NCBI GenBank assembly: GCA_029261855.1
Contig: JAJDAN010000011.1
Location: forward strand, 140,646 to 204,645
From: Deltaproteobacteria bacterium
GTDB taxonomy: Bacteria > Myxococcota_A > UBA9160 > UBA4427
Direction of reading: 5' to 3'
DNA length: 64,000 bases
The notes beneath the pieces are model-generated. The model searched no databases. It saw only the letters and a list, made by a program, of their open reading frames with translations, and had not been told where the DNA came from. Shown piece by piece: positions 19,041-30,769 of this stretch; position 1 is the first letter of the stretch, and the number at the start of each line of letters is the position of its first letter. The position numbers and the translations under genes were made by a program.

Positions 19041-19508
19041 ATGCTCAACGACCCCACTCGCGAACTGATCGCCCGCCAGCAGATCAGCGACTTGATCCAC
19101 GAGTACTGCGTGCGCGTCGACCGCTACGAGCCCGACGGCGTCGCCGAAATCTTCTTCGAGGACTGCATCGTCGACTACGGACCCACGCTCGGTGGGCCCG
19201 AGACCGGCCGAGCACCCCTCGCCGCGAAACTCCGACGCGGGCTCGCGAACTTCGAGGCGACGCACCACCAGGTCTCGAACATCCAGCTGCGCTTCGACTC
19301 GCCCGACCGCGCCACAGGCATCAGCTACGTCCGAGCCTGGCACGGCGGAAAGGGAAACGCCCCCGACTTCACTGTCTACGGCCAGTACCACGACGTCTTC
19401 GAACGCCGCCAGGGTCACTGGGGCTTCGCCGCAAGAACGATCCTCGTAGCAGGCCACAACGGCCCCCCAATCGACTGGATCCCCACGCCGCGAACGAAAA
19501 CCCCATAG
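19041..19508 (+). CDS. SnoaL-like / NTF2-fold protein
   Basis: ATG 19041 in frame within ORF 18717..19508. Sequence MLNDPTRELIARQQISDLIHEYCVRVDRYEPDGVAEIFFEDC. The upstream part of the ORF is junk. Confidence 0.7.
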   Translation: MLNDPTRELIARQQISDLIHEYCVRVDRYEPDGVAEIFFEDCIVDYGPTLGGPETGRAPLAAKLRRGLANFEATHHQVSNIQLRFDSPDRATGISYVRAWHGGKGNAPDFTVYGQYHDVFERRQGHWGFAARTILVAGHNGPPIDWIPTPRTKTP

Positions 19509-19525
19509 AACACCCTCCCCGAGCG

Positions 19526-19575
19526 CCAAGCGCCAAAGGCGCGAGAACAAACCCCCCAAGCGCCAAAGGCGCGAG
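19526..19575. repeat. Two copies of a 20-bp hairpin-containing unit, 30 bp apart
   Basis: ccaagcgccaaaggcgcgag occurs at 19526-19545 and 19556-19575. Each carries a gcgcc-aaa-ggcgc stem-loop. The pair is flanked by gaacaccct at 19508 and 19588. Confidence 0.85.
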
Positions 19576-19654
19576 GCCCCCTACCCGGAACACCCTGAGG
19601 GCGTCGAGAGTGCCGTAGCTTCGCGGACCTCGCAGTGGAGGGAGACGAAGACGT

Positions 19655-19781
19655 AGTCCCCTACGTCGAGGAGCCCGCAGCGAGAAGGCCGCGAAGATGC
19701 GGTGCTATCGGCGCCCTCAGTCCCCTACGCCGAGGAGCCCGCACGAGAAGGCCGCGAAGATGCGGTGCTATCGGCGCCCTC
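19655..19781. repeat. 64/63-bp tandem direct repeat (x2) abutting the ACAD stop codon
   Basis: agtcccctacgYcgaggagcccgca(g)cgagaaggccgcgaagatgcggtgctatcggcgccctc is repeated head to tail with one substitution and one 1-bp indel. Confidence 0.9.
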
Positions 19782-19783
19782 AG

Positions 19784-20860
19784 CTACCAGCCGGCCATGG
19801 TCGCTGCGCGCTCCCGGTGCAACGCCGGATTCCCCAGAAACGCGCGATCGAACATGGCTCGCTTGAACCAGATCTGGACGTCGCATTCCCAGGTGAAGCC
19901 GATCCCGCCGTGCGCTTCGACGGCGTCCCGGGCGATCTGCATGTAGCGATCGGTGATGTGGGCCTTGGCGATGGCGGCGGTGCGTTCCGCCTCGTCGCGA
20001 ACGTGGTCCAGGGCGTGTGCCGCGTACCAGTAGAGGCCACGCGACGGCTCGATTTCCACCGCCATGTTCGCGAGCTGATGCTTCAGGGCCTGGAAGTGGC
20101 CGATGGTGACGCCGAACTGCTCGCGGGTCTTCGCGTACTCGACGCTCATCTCCACCAGCCGCGTCGCGCCACCGAAGGCGTCCGCCGCCAGCAGCACCAG
20201 CGCGGCGTCTCGCAGCCGCGTGGCCGCGACTTCGCCGTCGGGCAGCGCTTCCGCCGGCGTGTCCGCCAGGATCACCTCGCACAGCCGTCGCGTGCGATCC
20301 GCACTGTCGATGGGCTTGATTTCCAGCCCCTTGGCATCGCGCTCGACCAGGGCGAGCCCGCCACCCGCCGTACCGACGACGATCAGATCGGCATGGTCGG
20401 CGAAGATCACGTGCTTCTTGCTGCCGGAAAGGGAGGCGCCGGCCGGAACGGACCACTGGTCGGGCAGCCAGGCGCCGCCCTCTTCCGCCAGTGCCACCGT
20501 GGCCAGCGCGTCGCCCGTCGCGAGCTTCGGGAGCCACTTGCTCTTCTGGGCATCGCTGCCACCGCAGGCGATGGCGAGGCCCGCGAGCGCATGTCCCAGG
20601 AACGGCCCGGGTGCGGCCATGTAGCCCAGGGTCTCGGACACGAGGGCGAGATCGAGGACCTCGAGGCCGGCTCCACCGTATTCCTCGGGCAGGTGCAGGC
20701 CCGCGAGTCCCATCTCGGCCATGCCCTTCCACAGCGCGGGGTCGAAGCCGACTTCGCCGTCGAAGATCTCGCGCAGGGTCGTCGCCGGACATTCGTTGTC
20801 GAGAAACTGCCGGACGGTCTCCTGCAGCATCTCCTGCTCTTCCGAGAGGTCGAAGTTCAC
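19784..20860 (-). CDS. Acyl-CoA dehydrogenase family protein (short, possible beta-type subunit)
   Basis: ORF 19784..20860. N-terminus MNFDLSEEQEMLQETVRQFL. Also REQFGVTIGHFQALKH and GGIGFTWE. Confidence 0.85.
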   Translation of the reverse strand: MNFDLSEEQEMLQETVRQFLDNECPATTLREIFDGEVGFDPALWKGMAEMGLAGLHLPEEYGGAGLEVLDLALVSETLGYMAAPGPFLGHALAGLAIACGGSDAQKSKWLPKLATGDALATVALAEEGGAWLPDQWSVPAGASLSGSKKHVIFADHADLIVVGTAGGGLALVERDAKGLEIKPIDSADRTRRLCEVILADTPAEALPDGEVAATRLRDAALVLLAADAFGGATRLVEMSVEYAKTREQFGVTIGHFQALKHQLANMAVEIEPSRGLYWYAAHALDHVRDEAERTAAIAKAHITDRYMQIARDAVEAHGGIGFTWECDVQIWFKRAMFDRAFLGNPALHRERAATMAGW

Positions 20861-22068
20861 TTGGAGCTCCTTTCTGCGGCCGCGTCACGGGGCAGCCCGA
20901 GGCCGCGCTCGCCGATCACGTTGCGCTGGATGTTGGCGGTGCCGCCCGCGACGGCGATGCCCAGCGAGTACATGTAGTGGCTGATCCATCGCTCGTGACC
21001 GCCGCTCATCATCGCGGCCATGCCACTGCCGCCGGCGTCGAGCAGGCCGTCTTCGCCGAGCAGGTCGATGGCGAGGCGGGCGATGTCGTGACCGATGTTG
21101 GTGGAGATGATCTTGTTCATCATCGTGATCGTGCCGGGCGACTCACCCTTGGCGTCCTTCGTGAGCGTGCGGTAGCCGGCGTACTGGTGGGCCTTCACGT
21201 AGCCCTCGAGCGCCGCCAGACGCTGGCGGATGTCGGCGTTCTGGATGGCGGGCTTGCCGTCGATGTTCCGCTCCTTGGCCAGCTGCACGAGGCCCGAGAA
21301 CAGCGCCCGGGTCTGCTGGGTGCTGCCGATGGAATTGCGCTCGTGCTTGAGGGTGGTGCGCGAAACCAGCCAGCCCTCGCCGCGCTTGCCGACGATCCAG
21401 TCTTCGGGGGTCTTGACGTCCGTCAGGAAGACCTCGCAGAAGTCGGCACCGCCGGTCATCTGGCGCAGGGGCCGGACGTCGATGCCGGGCTGCTTCATGT
21501 CGACGAGCAGGTAGGAGATGCCCGCGTGCTTGGGCGCTTCGGGCTCGGTGCGCACCAGGATGAACATGTAGTCGGCGGACTGGGCACCACTCGTCCAGAT
21601 CTTCTGACCGTTGATCACCCACTCGCCGTTCACGAGCTCGCCGCGGGTCTTGAGTGAAGCCAGATCGCTACCCGAGCCGGGCTCGCTGTAGCCCTGACAC
21701 CAGGCGAGATCTCCGCGAATGGTCGCGGGGACGAACTTCTCCTTCTGCCATTCGCTGCCGCGTTCGAGCAGGGTCGGGACCAGCATCATGGTGCCGATGC
21801 CGCGGGGTTCCATCGGCGCGTGGGCCTTGCCGAACTCCTCGCGGATGATCTGCGCCTTGAGGACGTCGGGCTCCTGCTCGGACCCGCCGTACTGCTTGGG
21901 GATGTTGCGGCACAGGAAGCCGCCCTCGATGGCCCGCTCGCGGAAGCGGACGGCCTGCTCTTCCCAGCCGAGCTTGGCCTCATCTCCCTTTAGCGGCCAA
22001 CTGGCGTTCAGAAACTTCGCGACCTCGTCGCGATAGCCTTCGAGTTCTTCTCCGTAGCTCAGATCCAT
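20857..22068 (-). CDS. Acyl-CoA dehydrogenase
   Basis: ORF 20857..22068. Motifs WCQGYSEPGSGSDLASL, NGQKIWTSGA and GGTANIQRNVIGERGLGLP. It has a 4-nt overlap with the downstream ACAD. Confidence 0.9.
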   Translation of the reverse strand: MDLSYGEELEGYRDEVAKFLNASWPLKGDEAKLGWEEQAVRFRERAIEGGFLCRNIPKQYGGSEQEPDVLKAQIIREEFGKAHAPMEPRGIGTMMLVPTLLERGSEWQKEKFVPATIRGDLAWCQGYSEPGSGSDLASLKTRGELVNGEWVINGQKIWTSGAQSADYMFILVRTEPEAPKHAGISYLLVDMKQPGIDVRPLRQMTGGADFCEVFLTDVKTPEDWIVGKRGEGWLVSRTTLKHERNSIGSTQQTRALFSGLVQLAKERNIDGKPAIQNADIRQRLAALEGYVKAHQYAGYRTLTKDAKGESPGTITMMNKIISTNIGHDIARLAIDLLGEDGLLDAGGSGMAAMMSGGHERWISHYMYSLGIAVAGGTANIQRNVIGERGLGLPRDAAAERSSK

Positions 22069-22161
22069 CGGGGTCCTCTCCTGGCAGCGCGCGGCCCGGT
22101 GGCCGCTGCGCCCGTGGCAAGTCGGAGGGAGAGGTTAGATCCCCGAACTAGATGAGTCCAG

Positions 22162-22179
22162 CCGCCCGAAGCCGGGCGG
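22162..22179 (-). terminator. Candidate stem-loop downstream of the PIG-L gene
   Basis: ccgcccg-aagc-cgggcgg: 7-bp perfect stem and 4-nt loop, 8 nt after the stop. No clear U tract. Confidence 0.3.
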
Positions 22180-22186
22180 GGCGACG

Positions 22187-22957
22187 TCAGGACCGGCGCG
22201 CGATCGCGCAGTGCAGCTGCCGGGGACGCAGTAGCTTGAAGGCCTCGGCGTGGGCGAAGCCTTCGGGTTCACCTCGCTGTCCCTCCACGAAGCCGATGCC
22301 CCGGTGCAGGTCGTCGAGGGCGGGGCCCGCAATCAGCGATGGGTAGCAGGACATGGCGCGATGCTTGCGCTCCCGAGTGGCGGCGATGTCGATGACCAGG
22401 TTCTCGTCGAGGGTGTAGTAGAGCACCAGGCCGCGGACCTCGTGGGGCGTCCAGGCGTCGTCGACTTCCGGGCGGGTCTTGAAGCGCGGCATGGCGTGGA
22501 ACATGACGGCTTCCCCGGCGAGGATGCCTGTCCGCAGGTGGTCCCGATGGGCTTCGTGGGGGAGCCACGGATCGCAGGTGAAGACATAGTCGGGCTGGAC
22601 CCGGCGGATGTGTTCGATGAAGCTCCGCCGCAGCTCGACCTCGTCCCAGGCGCCGGCGTCCGGCAGGCCGAGGTCGTATTGGGCGTGCACGCCGATCTCG
22701 GTGCCGGCCCGCTGCTGCTCGCCGCTCAGGATGGCGGCTGCGTCGGCGTCCGACAGATCGGGGTCGGTCACCCCGGCTAGGTTGTCGGTCACCGTCAGGT
22801 AGTGGACTTCGACGCCGTGATCCGCGAGCAGGGCGAAGGTGCCGCCCGCCGCGATGTCGTTGTCGTCGTGGTGGGGCTGGATGCAGAGGATGCGCGAGGC
22901 CCCGAGGATCTCGTCGCGCAGCTTCGCGGATCGTTCGGTCGAGTAGGAGTGCGGCAT
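22187..22957 (-). CDS. PIG-L / LmbE family N-acetylglucosaminyl deacetylase
   Basis: ORF 22187..22966 (TTG), with ATG 22957 preferred. Zinc motif ILCIQPHHDDNDIAAGG. Also HRDH. Confidence 0.8.
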   Translation of the reverse strand: MPHSYSTERSAKLRDEILGASRILCIQPHHDDNDIAAGGTFALLADHGVEVHYLTVTDNLAGVTDPDLSDADAAAILSGEQQRAGTEIGVHAQYDLGLPDAGAWDEVELRRSFIEHIRRVQPDYVFTCDPWLPHEAHRDHLRTGILAGEAVMFHAMPRFKTRPEVDDAWTPHEVRGLVLYYTLDENLVIDIAATRERKHRAMSCYPSLIAGPALDDLHRGIGFVEGQRGEPEGFAHAEAFKLLRPRQLHCAIARRS

Positions 22958-23013
22958 GCGCGACAAGATATCCGAGGCCCCGGTGGCGCCCTAGCGTCGC
23001 GTATACTTCCCCG

Positions 23014-24276
23014 GTGACGGACACGCTGGCCATCCACGGCGGCAAGCCCCTTCGCGAACGCCCCTTCGCTTCGTGGCCCGAATTCGGCGAAGACGAGCGC
23101 AAGGCCGTCACCCGGGTGCTCGAGAGCGGCAACTGGGGCGGGCACCCGAGTCCGAACCAGGAGGCCCTGGCCTTTTCCCGTGAGTTCGCCGCCTATCTCG
23201 GCGCGAACCACGTGGTGCCCTGCACCAGCGGAACCACGGCCCTGTTGCTGGCGCTGCAGGCCGCGCGTCTGTCTCCCGGTGCCGAAGTCATCACCACCGC
23301 GTACAGCTTCGTCGCGACCGCCGGATCCATCGCCCAGGCGGGTCAACTGCCCGTTCCGGTGGACGTCCTCGAGAGCAGCTACTGCATCGACCCGGACGCC
23401 GTCGAGGCGGCGATCACGGAGCGCACCGAAGCAATCGTTCCCGTGCACCTGGCGTGCTCGATGGCCGACATGGATCGCCTCGAAGAGATCGCCCGACGGC
23501 GCGGGCTCGTCCTGATCGAGGACTGCGCCCACGCACACGGCGCCCGCTGGCGCGAACGGGCTGCCGGCTCCATCGGCGACTTCGGCTGCTTCTCGATGCA
23601 GAGCACCAAGCTGCTGACCGCCGGCGAAGGCGGGGCCGTGTCGGCCCGCGACGACGCGAATGCGGCTCGCCTCTGGTCCCTGGTGAATTGCGGTCGCAAG
23701 GAGCCGGGCTACGACGCCTTCCCCGAACGCCTGCTCGGGCACAACCTGCGCATCACGGAATGGCAGGCCGCCATGCTACGCGAGCAGCTCCGTCGCCTCG
23801 ACGGGCAACACGCGCGACGCAGTGCGGCGGTCGCCCGGCTGGAAGGCCTGCTCGCGGACGTACCCGGTGTGGCGCTGCTCGAAGCCGACCCCCGAGTCAC
23901 GCGCCGCACCCACTACCAGACCCTGATTCGCTACGACCCCCGGGCGTTCGCGGACGCCCCCCGCGACCACGTGCTGCTGGCGCTGCAGGCCGAGGGGCTG
24001 CCGTGCTTCGGCCGCTTCTACGTGCCGCTCCACCAGGACCCGCTCTTCGCCGCCGACCCGGCGACCAACCCCGCAGTGGGTCTCGGACTCGACCTGCGGG
24101 AAGCCGACTTCCCCGTCACCGCGCGCGCCGCCTACCACGAGACCTTCTGGCTGCCCCACGAGGTCTTTCTCGGCGGCGAGGAAGACGTCCGCGACGTCGC
24201 GGCGGTCTTCGCCCGGGTGCAGCGGGAAGCCGCGTCCCTGCGTGAACGACCGCCCGAGGGAGCGCCCCGACGCTGA
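23014..24276 (+). CDS. DegT/DnrJ/EryC1/StrS family PLP-dependent sugar aminotransferase
   Basis: ORF 23014..24276 (GTG). Motifs CTSGTTALLLAL, and FSMQSTKLLTAGEGG containing the PLP lysine. Confidence 0.85.
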   Translation: MTDTLAIHGGKPLRERPFASWPEFGEDERKAVTRVLESGNWGGHPSPNQEALAFSREFAAYLGANHVVPCTSGTTALLLALQAARLSPGAEVITTAYSFVATAGSIAQAGQLPVPVDVLESSYCIDPDAVEAAITERTEAIVPVHLACSMADMDRLEEIARRRGLVLIEDCAHAHGARWRERAAGSIGDFGCFSMQSTKLLTAGEGGAVSARDDANAARLWSLVNCGRKEPGYDAFPERLLGHNLRITEWQAAMLREQLRRLDGQHARRSAAVARLEGLLADVPGVALLEADPRVTRRTHYQTLIRYDPRAFADAPRDHVLLALQAEGLPCFGRFYVPLHQDPLFAADPATNPAVGLGLDLREADFPVTARAAYHETFWLPHEVFLGGEEDVRDVAAVFARVQREAASLRERPPEGAPRR

Positions 24277-24333
24277 TGGCCACAACCGCCGTCCGTGTCC
24301 GGCCCGAACGGCGCGGGCAAGACCACCACTCGG

Positions 24334-24348
24334 GCTGACGCGCGCGCG

Positions 24349-24353
<5 letters not shown>
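24334..24353. terminator. 20-bp perfect palindrome between convergent genes, overlapping the sucA stop
   Basis: gctgacgcgcgcgcgtcagc is its own reverse complement. The sucA stop codon (24349-24351) lies inside it. Confidence 0.45.
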
Positions 24354-27183
<2,830 letters not shown>

Positions 27184-27248
27184 CCGGCGCTCCCCACTGA
27201 CGCGTCACAGGGTGGATCGGCGGACGGCGGGCTCGCCCTGAGCGCTGG

Positions 27249-27854
27249 TTACGGAATCTGCTCGCCGCGTTGCACCGCGGGCCGCTCGCCGATGCGCTTC
27301 GTCCATTCGACGACCCGCGGAAACGCCATCACCTGCGGCGCGCCGAGCTTCACGGCGATGGACAGCCAGCCGTAGTGCATGATATCGCCGATCGAGTACT
27401 CGCCCGCCAGGAAGGGGCGACCGTCGGACAGGATGCGGTCGAGCACGCCGCAAAGCCGTTGGACCTCGTCGCCGAAGATCTGGATCATCTCCGGATTGCG
27501 CTCGTCCTCGGGTTTGCGAATCGCCGCGCCGAAGCGGCCCATGTTCGGCCCGATGCCGCCGGTCTGGAAGAACGCGTACTGGATCGCCTCGATGCGACCC
27601 TTCGGATCGGCGGGCAACAGCTTTCCGTACTTCTCGGCCAGGTGCAGCAGGATCGCGCCGGACTCCCAGATCACGAGGCCGTCGTCGTCGAGGACCGGAA
27701 CCTTGTGGTTCGGGTTGAGGGCCAGGAACCAGTCGCTCATCTGCTCGCCCTGATCGATGCGGACGTGGACTACCTCGTAGGGAACACCGAGCTCTTCGAG
27801 GGCGATCGAGACCTTGCGGCCGTTGGGGGTGTCAGCGGTGTACAGCTTGATCAT
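27249..27854 (-). CDS. Glutathione S-transferase
   Basis: ATG 27854 (MIKLYTADTPNGRKVSIALEELG) in frame within ORF 27249..28079, with GGAG upstream. Also NPNHKVPVL and ESGAILLHLAEKYG. Confidence 0.85.
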   Translation of the reverse strand: MIKLYTADTPNGRKVSIALEELGVPYEVVHVRIDQGEQMSDWFLALNPNHKVPVLDDDGLVIWESGAILLHLAEKYGKLLPADPKGRIEAIQYAFFQTGGIGPNMGRFGAAIRKPEDERNPEMIQIFGDEVQRLCGVLDRILSDGRPFLAGEYSIGDIMHYGWLSIAVKLGAPQVMAFPRVVEWTKRIGERPAVQRGEQIP

Positions 27855-27897
27855 GGGATCTCCGGTTCGGGGAACCGATTCGATGCCGGGCTCTCGT

Positions 27898-28224
27898 TCA
27901 GGGTGCAGGCGCGAGGATCGCGAGCAGCACGAGCCGCTCGTTCCCCGTATTGCGCACGCCGTGAGCCACGCCCTCGGGCGCCACGAGCATGACTCCCGGC
28001 CCCATCGCGATCTCGCGATCCTCGAGCAGGAAGACCCCCTCCCCCGACAGCACCTGGTAGACCTTGTCCATGCCTTCATGGGCGTGGAGCTTGTGGTCCT
28101 GCCCGGGCTCGAAGCAGTTCAGGCCCACGAGGATGCGAGGCGACTGGAAGATCGTCGCCTTGCCCATCTTGTCGGGATTGAAGACGGCATGCTCTTCGGG
28201 TCGCAGTGCTTCGGGGTGATTCAC
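27898..28224 (-). CDS. Cupin-domain protein
   Basis: ORF 27898..28224. Cupin motifs GQDHKLHAHEGMDKVYQVLSGEG and APEGVAHGVRN. Confidence 0.75.
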   Translation of the reverse strand: MNHPEALRPEEHAVFNPDKMGKATIFQSPRILVGLNCFEPGQDHKLHAHEGMDKVYQVLSGEGVFLLEDREIAMGPGVMLVAPEGVAHGVRNTGNERLVLLAILAPAP

Positions 28225-28268
28225 GGGTTGTTCCTCCAGGCGGACCGACGAGAATAGCGTGCGGTAAC

Positions 28269-28895
28269 GTGAGTCTCGTGGAATACGGCGACGGACTTCG
28301 CGCGCGCTGCGAGCGCAACCTGGTGGCCTTCGAGCGAAGGCCCAGCACGGACGAGACGCTCACGCGAGCTGCCGTCGCCATCGTCGTGGTTCCCGACGAC
28401 GCCGGGCGTGGCTGCTTCGTTCTCACGCGCCGCGCCTCCAAGCTCCGCGACCACCCGGGCCAGTGGGCTCTGCCCGGAGGCCGGTTGGACGGCAACGAGA
28501 ATCACACCGAGGCGGCCCTGCGCGAGTGCCACGAGGAGGTGAATCTCGCGCTCCCCTCGCACAACGTGCTCGGCCTGCTCGACGACTACCCGACGCGGTC
28601 GGGCTTCGTGATCACACCCGTGGTGGTCTGGGCCGAGAGCGACGCCGAGATGACGCCCAACGAGGACGAGGTCGCGCGCATCTACCGGGTGCCCCTGGCC
28701 GACCTCGACCATCCGGACGTCCCGGGCCTGCGCTCGATCCCCGAAAGCGACCGCCCGGTGATCACGGTGCCCATCCTCGAGACCCACATCCACGCCCCGA
28801 CGGCAGCCATCCTCTACCAGCTGCGCGAGGTCGTCCTGCACGGACGCCACACCCGGGTCGCCCACTACGAGCAGCCGACTTGGGCTTGGAAATAG
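28269..28895 (+). CDS. NUDIX hydrolase (CoA-pyrophosphatase-like)
   Basis: GTG 28269 in frame within ORF 28206..28895. Nudix box GGRLDGNENHTEAALRECHEEVNL. Confidence 0.8.
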   Translation: MSLVEYGDGLRARCERNLVAFERRPSTDETLTRAAVAIVVVPDDAGRGCFVLTRRASKLRDHPGQWALPGGRLDGNENHTEAALRECHEEVNLALPSHNVLGLLDDYPTRSGFVITPVVVWAESDAEMTPNEDEVARIYRVPLADLDHPDVPGLRSIPESDRPVITVPILETHIHAPTAAILYQLREVVLHGRHTRVAHYEQPTWAWK

Positions 28896-28946
28896 GGCTT
28901 GGAAATAGGGCTTGGAAACAGGGCCTTGAAGTCGGCGCTGGAAGGA
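28882..28946. repeat. 13-bp tandem array (3 good and 2 degenerate units) spanning the NUDIX stop codon
   Basis: gggcttggaaata gggcttggaaata gggcttggaaaca gggccttgaagtc ggcgctggaagga. The gene's TAG (28893-28895) is formed at the unit 1/2 junction. Confidence 0.9.
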
Positions 28947-28950
28947 TCCG

Positions 28951-29841
28951 CTAGCGCCCCTCGCCGATGTGCATCAGCGGCAGAGGCTGCGCGGCGTTCG
29001 AGTCCATGAAGTAGAGCTTCGCCGCCGGGTCCTTCGACATTTCCTTGAGCGCTTCGAGGGACTGCAGCTGGATGTAGGCAGGGTTCTTCGCGATGGCGTC
29101 GTTGATGAGCCGGATCTCGTCGGCCTTCGCCTTCGCGAGCACACGCACCTGCTCGGCCTCGGCCTGGGCTGCCTGCAGCCTCGCGTCGGCGTAGGCCACC
29201 TTCTGCTGCTGTTCCTGACGGAAGCGCTCGAGCTCGGCCTTCTGCCGTTCGACGGCCTGCTCGCGCTCCTTCTTCTGCTCGATGGCCTGGGACAGCACCG
29301 TGGGCAGATTGATGTCTCGGATCAGCACGTTCTGGATGATCAGGCCCTTCGGCTCGAGGAATTCCTGCATGCGGACCTCGAGTCCCGTCTCCAGACGATC
29401 GCGCGTCTCCTCTTCGAAGAAGTCCTCCGCGCGCTGGACCTTCGAGCCCTCTTCCCGCACGAGCGAGCGCAGGAAGGGAGTCAGCTGGACGCTCACCAGG
29501 CGCTGGGCGTCGCCGGTCTCGCGCAGGATCTCCGGCGCGCGCTCGCCATCGATCCGGTACTGGACGCTGATGTCGATCTTCGTCTGCAGCTGATCTCGGG
29601 TCGGGACCTGGGCGGTCTCCTTGAGCGTCGTCTGGCGAACGTCGAACAGCACCCACTGATAGAACGGATTGACGGGGAACTGCAGCCCTTCGCGGAACGG
29701 CTTGGGCTGGACCTTGCCGAAGAGCGTCGCGACGCCCACGTGCCCGGGCGGGATGGTCTTCAGGAAGCGTCCGCCGAAGACGAGCACCACCATGACCACT
29801 ACGCCGATGATTCCGAGTCTCGCGTTCATTCTGGCCCCCAT
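28951..29841 (-). CDS. SPFH/band-7 (prohibitin/HflC-like) membrane protein
   Basis: ORF 28951..29841, with an alternative ATG at 29829. N-terminal TM, then IPPGHVGVATLFGKV, followed by a long Q/E/A coiled coil. Confidence 0.85.
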   Translation of the reverse strand: MGARMNARLGIIGVVVMVVLVFGGRFLKTIPPGHVGVATLFGKVQPKPFREGLQFPVNPFYQWVLFDVRQTTLKETAQVPTRDQLQTKIDISVQYRIDGERAPEILRETGDAQRLVSVQLTPFLRSLVREEGSKVQRAEDFFEEETRDRLETGLEVRMQEFLEPKGLIIQNVLIRDINLPTVLSQAIEQKKEREQAVERQKAELERFRQEQQQKVAYADARLQAAQAEAEQVRVLAKAKADEIRLINDAIAKNPAYIQLQSLEALKEMSKDPAAKLYFMDSNAAQPLPLMHIGEGR

Positions 29842-29890
29842 GGAGTGGATTGCGTTCGAACGAGTCGAATGAGTAGCGCGAAACGGGACC

Positions 29891-30769
29891 TTAGCAGAGC
29901 GTTCCGATGCGCGTCCCGAGGCGCAGCGGCGTCCCCGGCTCGCGTATGTCCAGATCGAGGAAACCCCGCGCCGCCAGCAGCACGATCGTCGAACCGAACT
30001 CGAAGCGCCCCCATTCCTGGCCGCGCTCGAAGCCGACGGGCGGCTCGTAGCTTCGCTGGGTGGTGCCGGCGCCCGGGATGTTGGTCGTCAGATCGTCGAA
30101 CTCGACCTTCACGGACCCGACCATCGTCGCGCCGACAGCAACGAGACACAGGGGCGCGGGCCCGGTACCGCCCGGCGGCTGCATCCAGGCACAGATCCGC
30201 TCGTTCTCCGCGAACAGGCCATCGACGCCGCGCAGTCCGATGCCGTTGACGGGCCACAGCCTCCCGGGCAGATGGCTCGCCGCAACGACTTCCAGGGCAC
30301 ACGGTGTGTGGAAGCGGTGATAGTCCCGGGGCGACAGGTACAGGGTTGCGAAGACGCCGCCCTCGAGACGCCTGGCAGCGACGCCGTCCCCCAACAGCGC
30401 GGCGAGGGAATAGTGACGCCCCTTGACCTGCAGCAAGCTGCCGTTCTCGATGCTGCCGGCGGCGCCCCAGGCGCCATCGCAGGGCGAGACGAACGCCGCT
30501 TCGGCGGGATCGATCGGGCGCGCATCATCGCGCAAGCGGCGCGTGAAGAAGTCCTGGAAGCTTGCGAAGGACTCGACCGGGTCCCGCGCTTCCGTGAAGT
30601 CCACGCCGAAGATGCGACCGAAGCCGCGAATGGCCGCGCGCAGCACCGGGCCGGGCAGCCGCGCAGCGGCGACTCGTCCCGCGAGACGCGACACCCACTT
30701 CACGGGCAGCACCCGCAGCAGCGCCGCAGCGGCGCGCGAGATCGTCCCGTTCGGCAAGCCGCTCGACAT
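29891..30769 (-). CDS. psd: Phosphatidylserine decarboxylase proenzyme
   Basis: C-terminal 292 aa of ORF 29891..33637, starting at ATG 30769. Motifs YLSPRDYHRFH, and the self-cleavage site FEFGSTIVLL. The rest of the 1248-aa ORF is an antisense shadow. Confidence 0.9.
   Translation of the reverse strand: MSSGLPNGTISRAAAALLRVLPVKWVSRLAGRVAAARLPGPVLRAAIRGFGRIFGVDFTEARDPVESFASFQDFFTRRLRDDARPIDPAEAAFVSPCDGAWGAAGSIENGSLLQVKGRHYSLAALLGDGVAARRLEGGVFATLYLSPRDYHRFHTPCALEVVAASHLPGRLWPVNGIGLRGVDGLFAENERICAWMQPPGGTGPAPLCLVAVGATMVGSVKVEFDDLTTNIPGAGTTQRSYEPPVGFERGQEWGRFEFGSTIVLLAARGFLDLDIREPGTPLRLGTRIGTLC

Noticed and set aside
28882-28946. The tandem arrays here and at 62720-62780, considered as possible CRISPR arrays.
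   Set aside because: The units are 13 bp and directly abutting, with no spacers, and there are no cas genes. These are simple tandem repeats.
28882-28946. The idea that the GGA-rich array (cttGGAaata x3, GGAAGGA) is a CsrA/RsmA-sponge small RNA.
   Set aside because: It has only 4-5 GGA motifs, with no flanking promoter or terminator that I can see. The related array at 62720-62780 lacks GGA on either strand. Evidence is insufficient.
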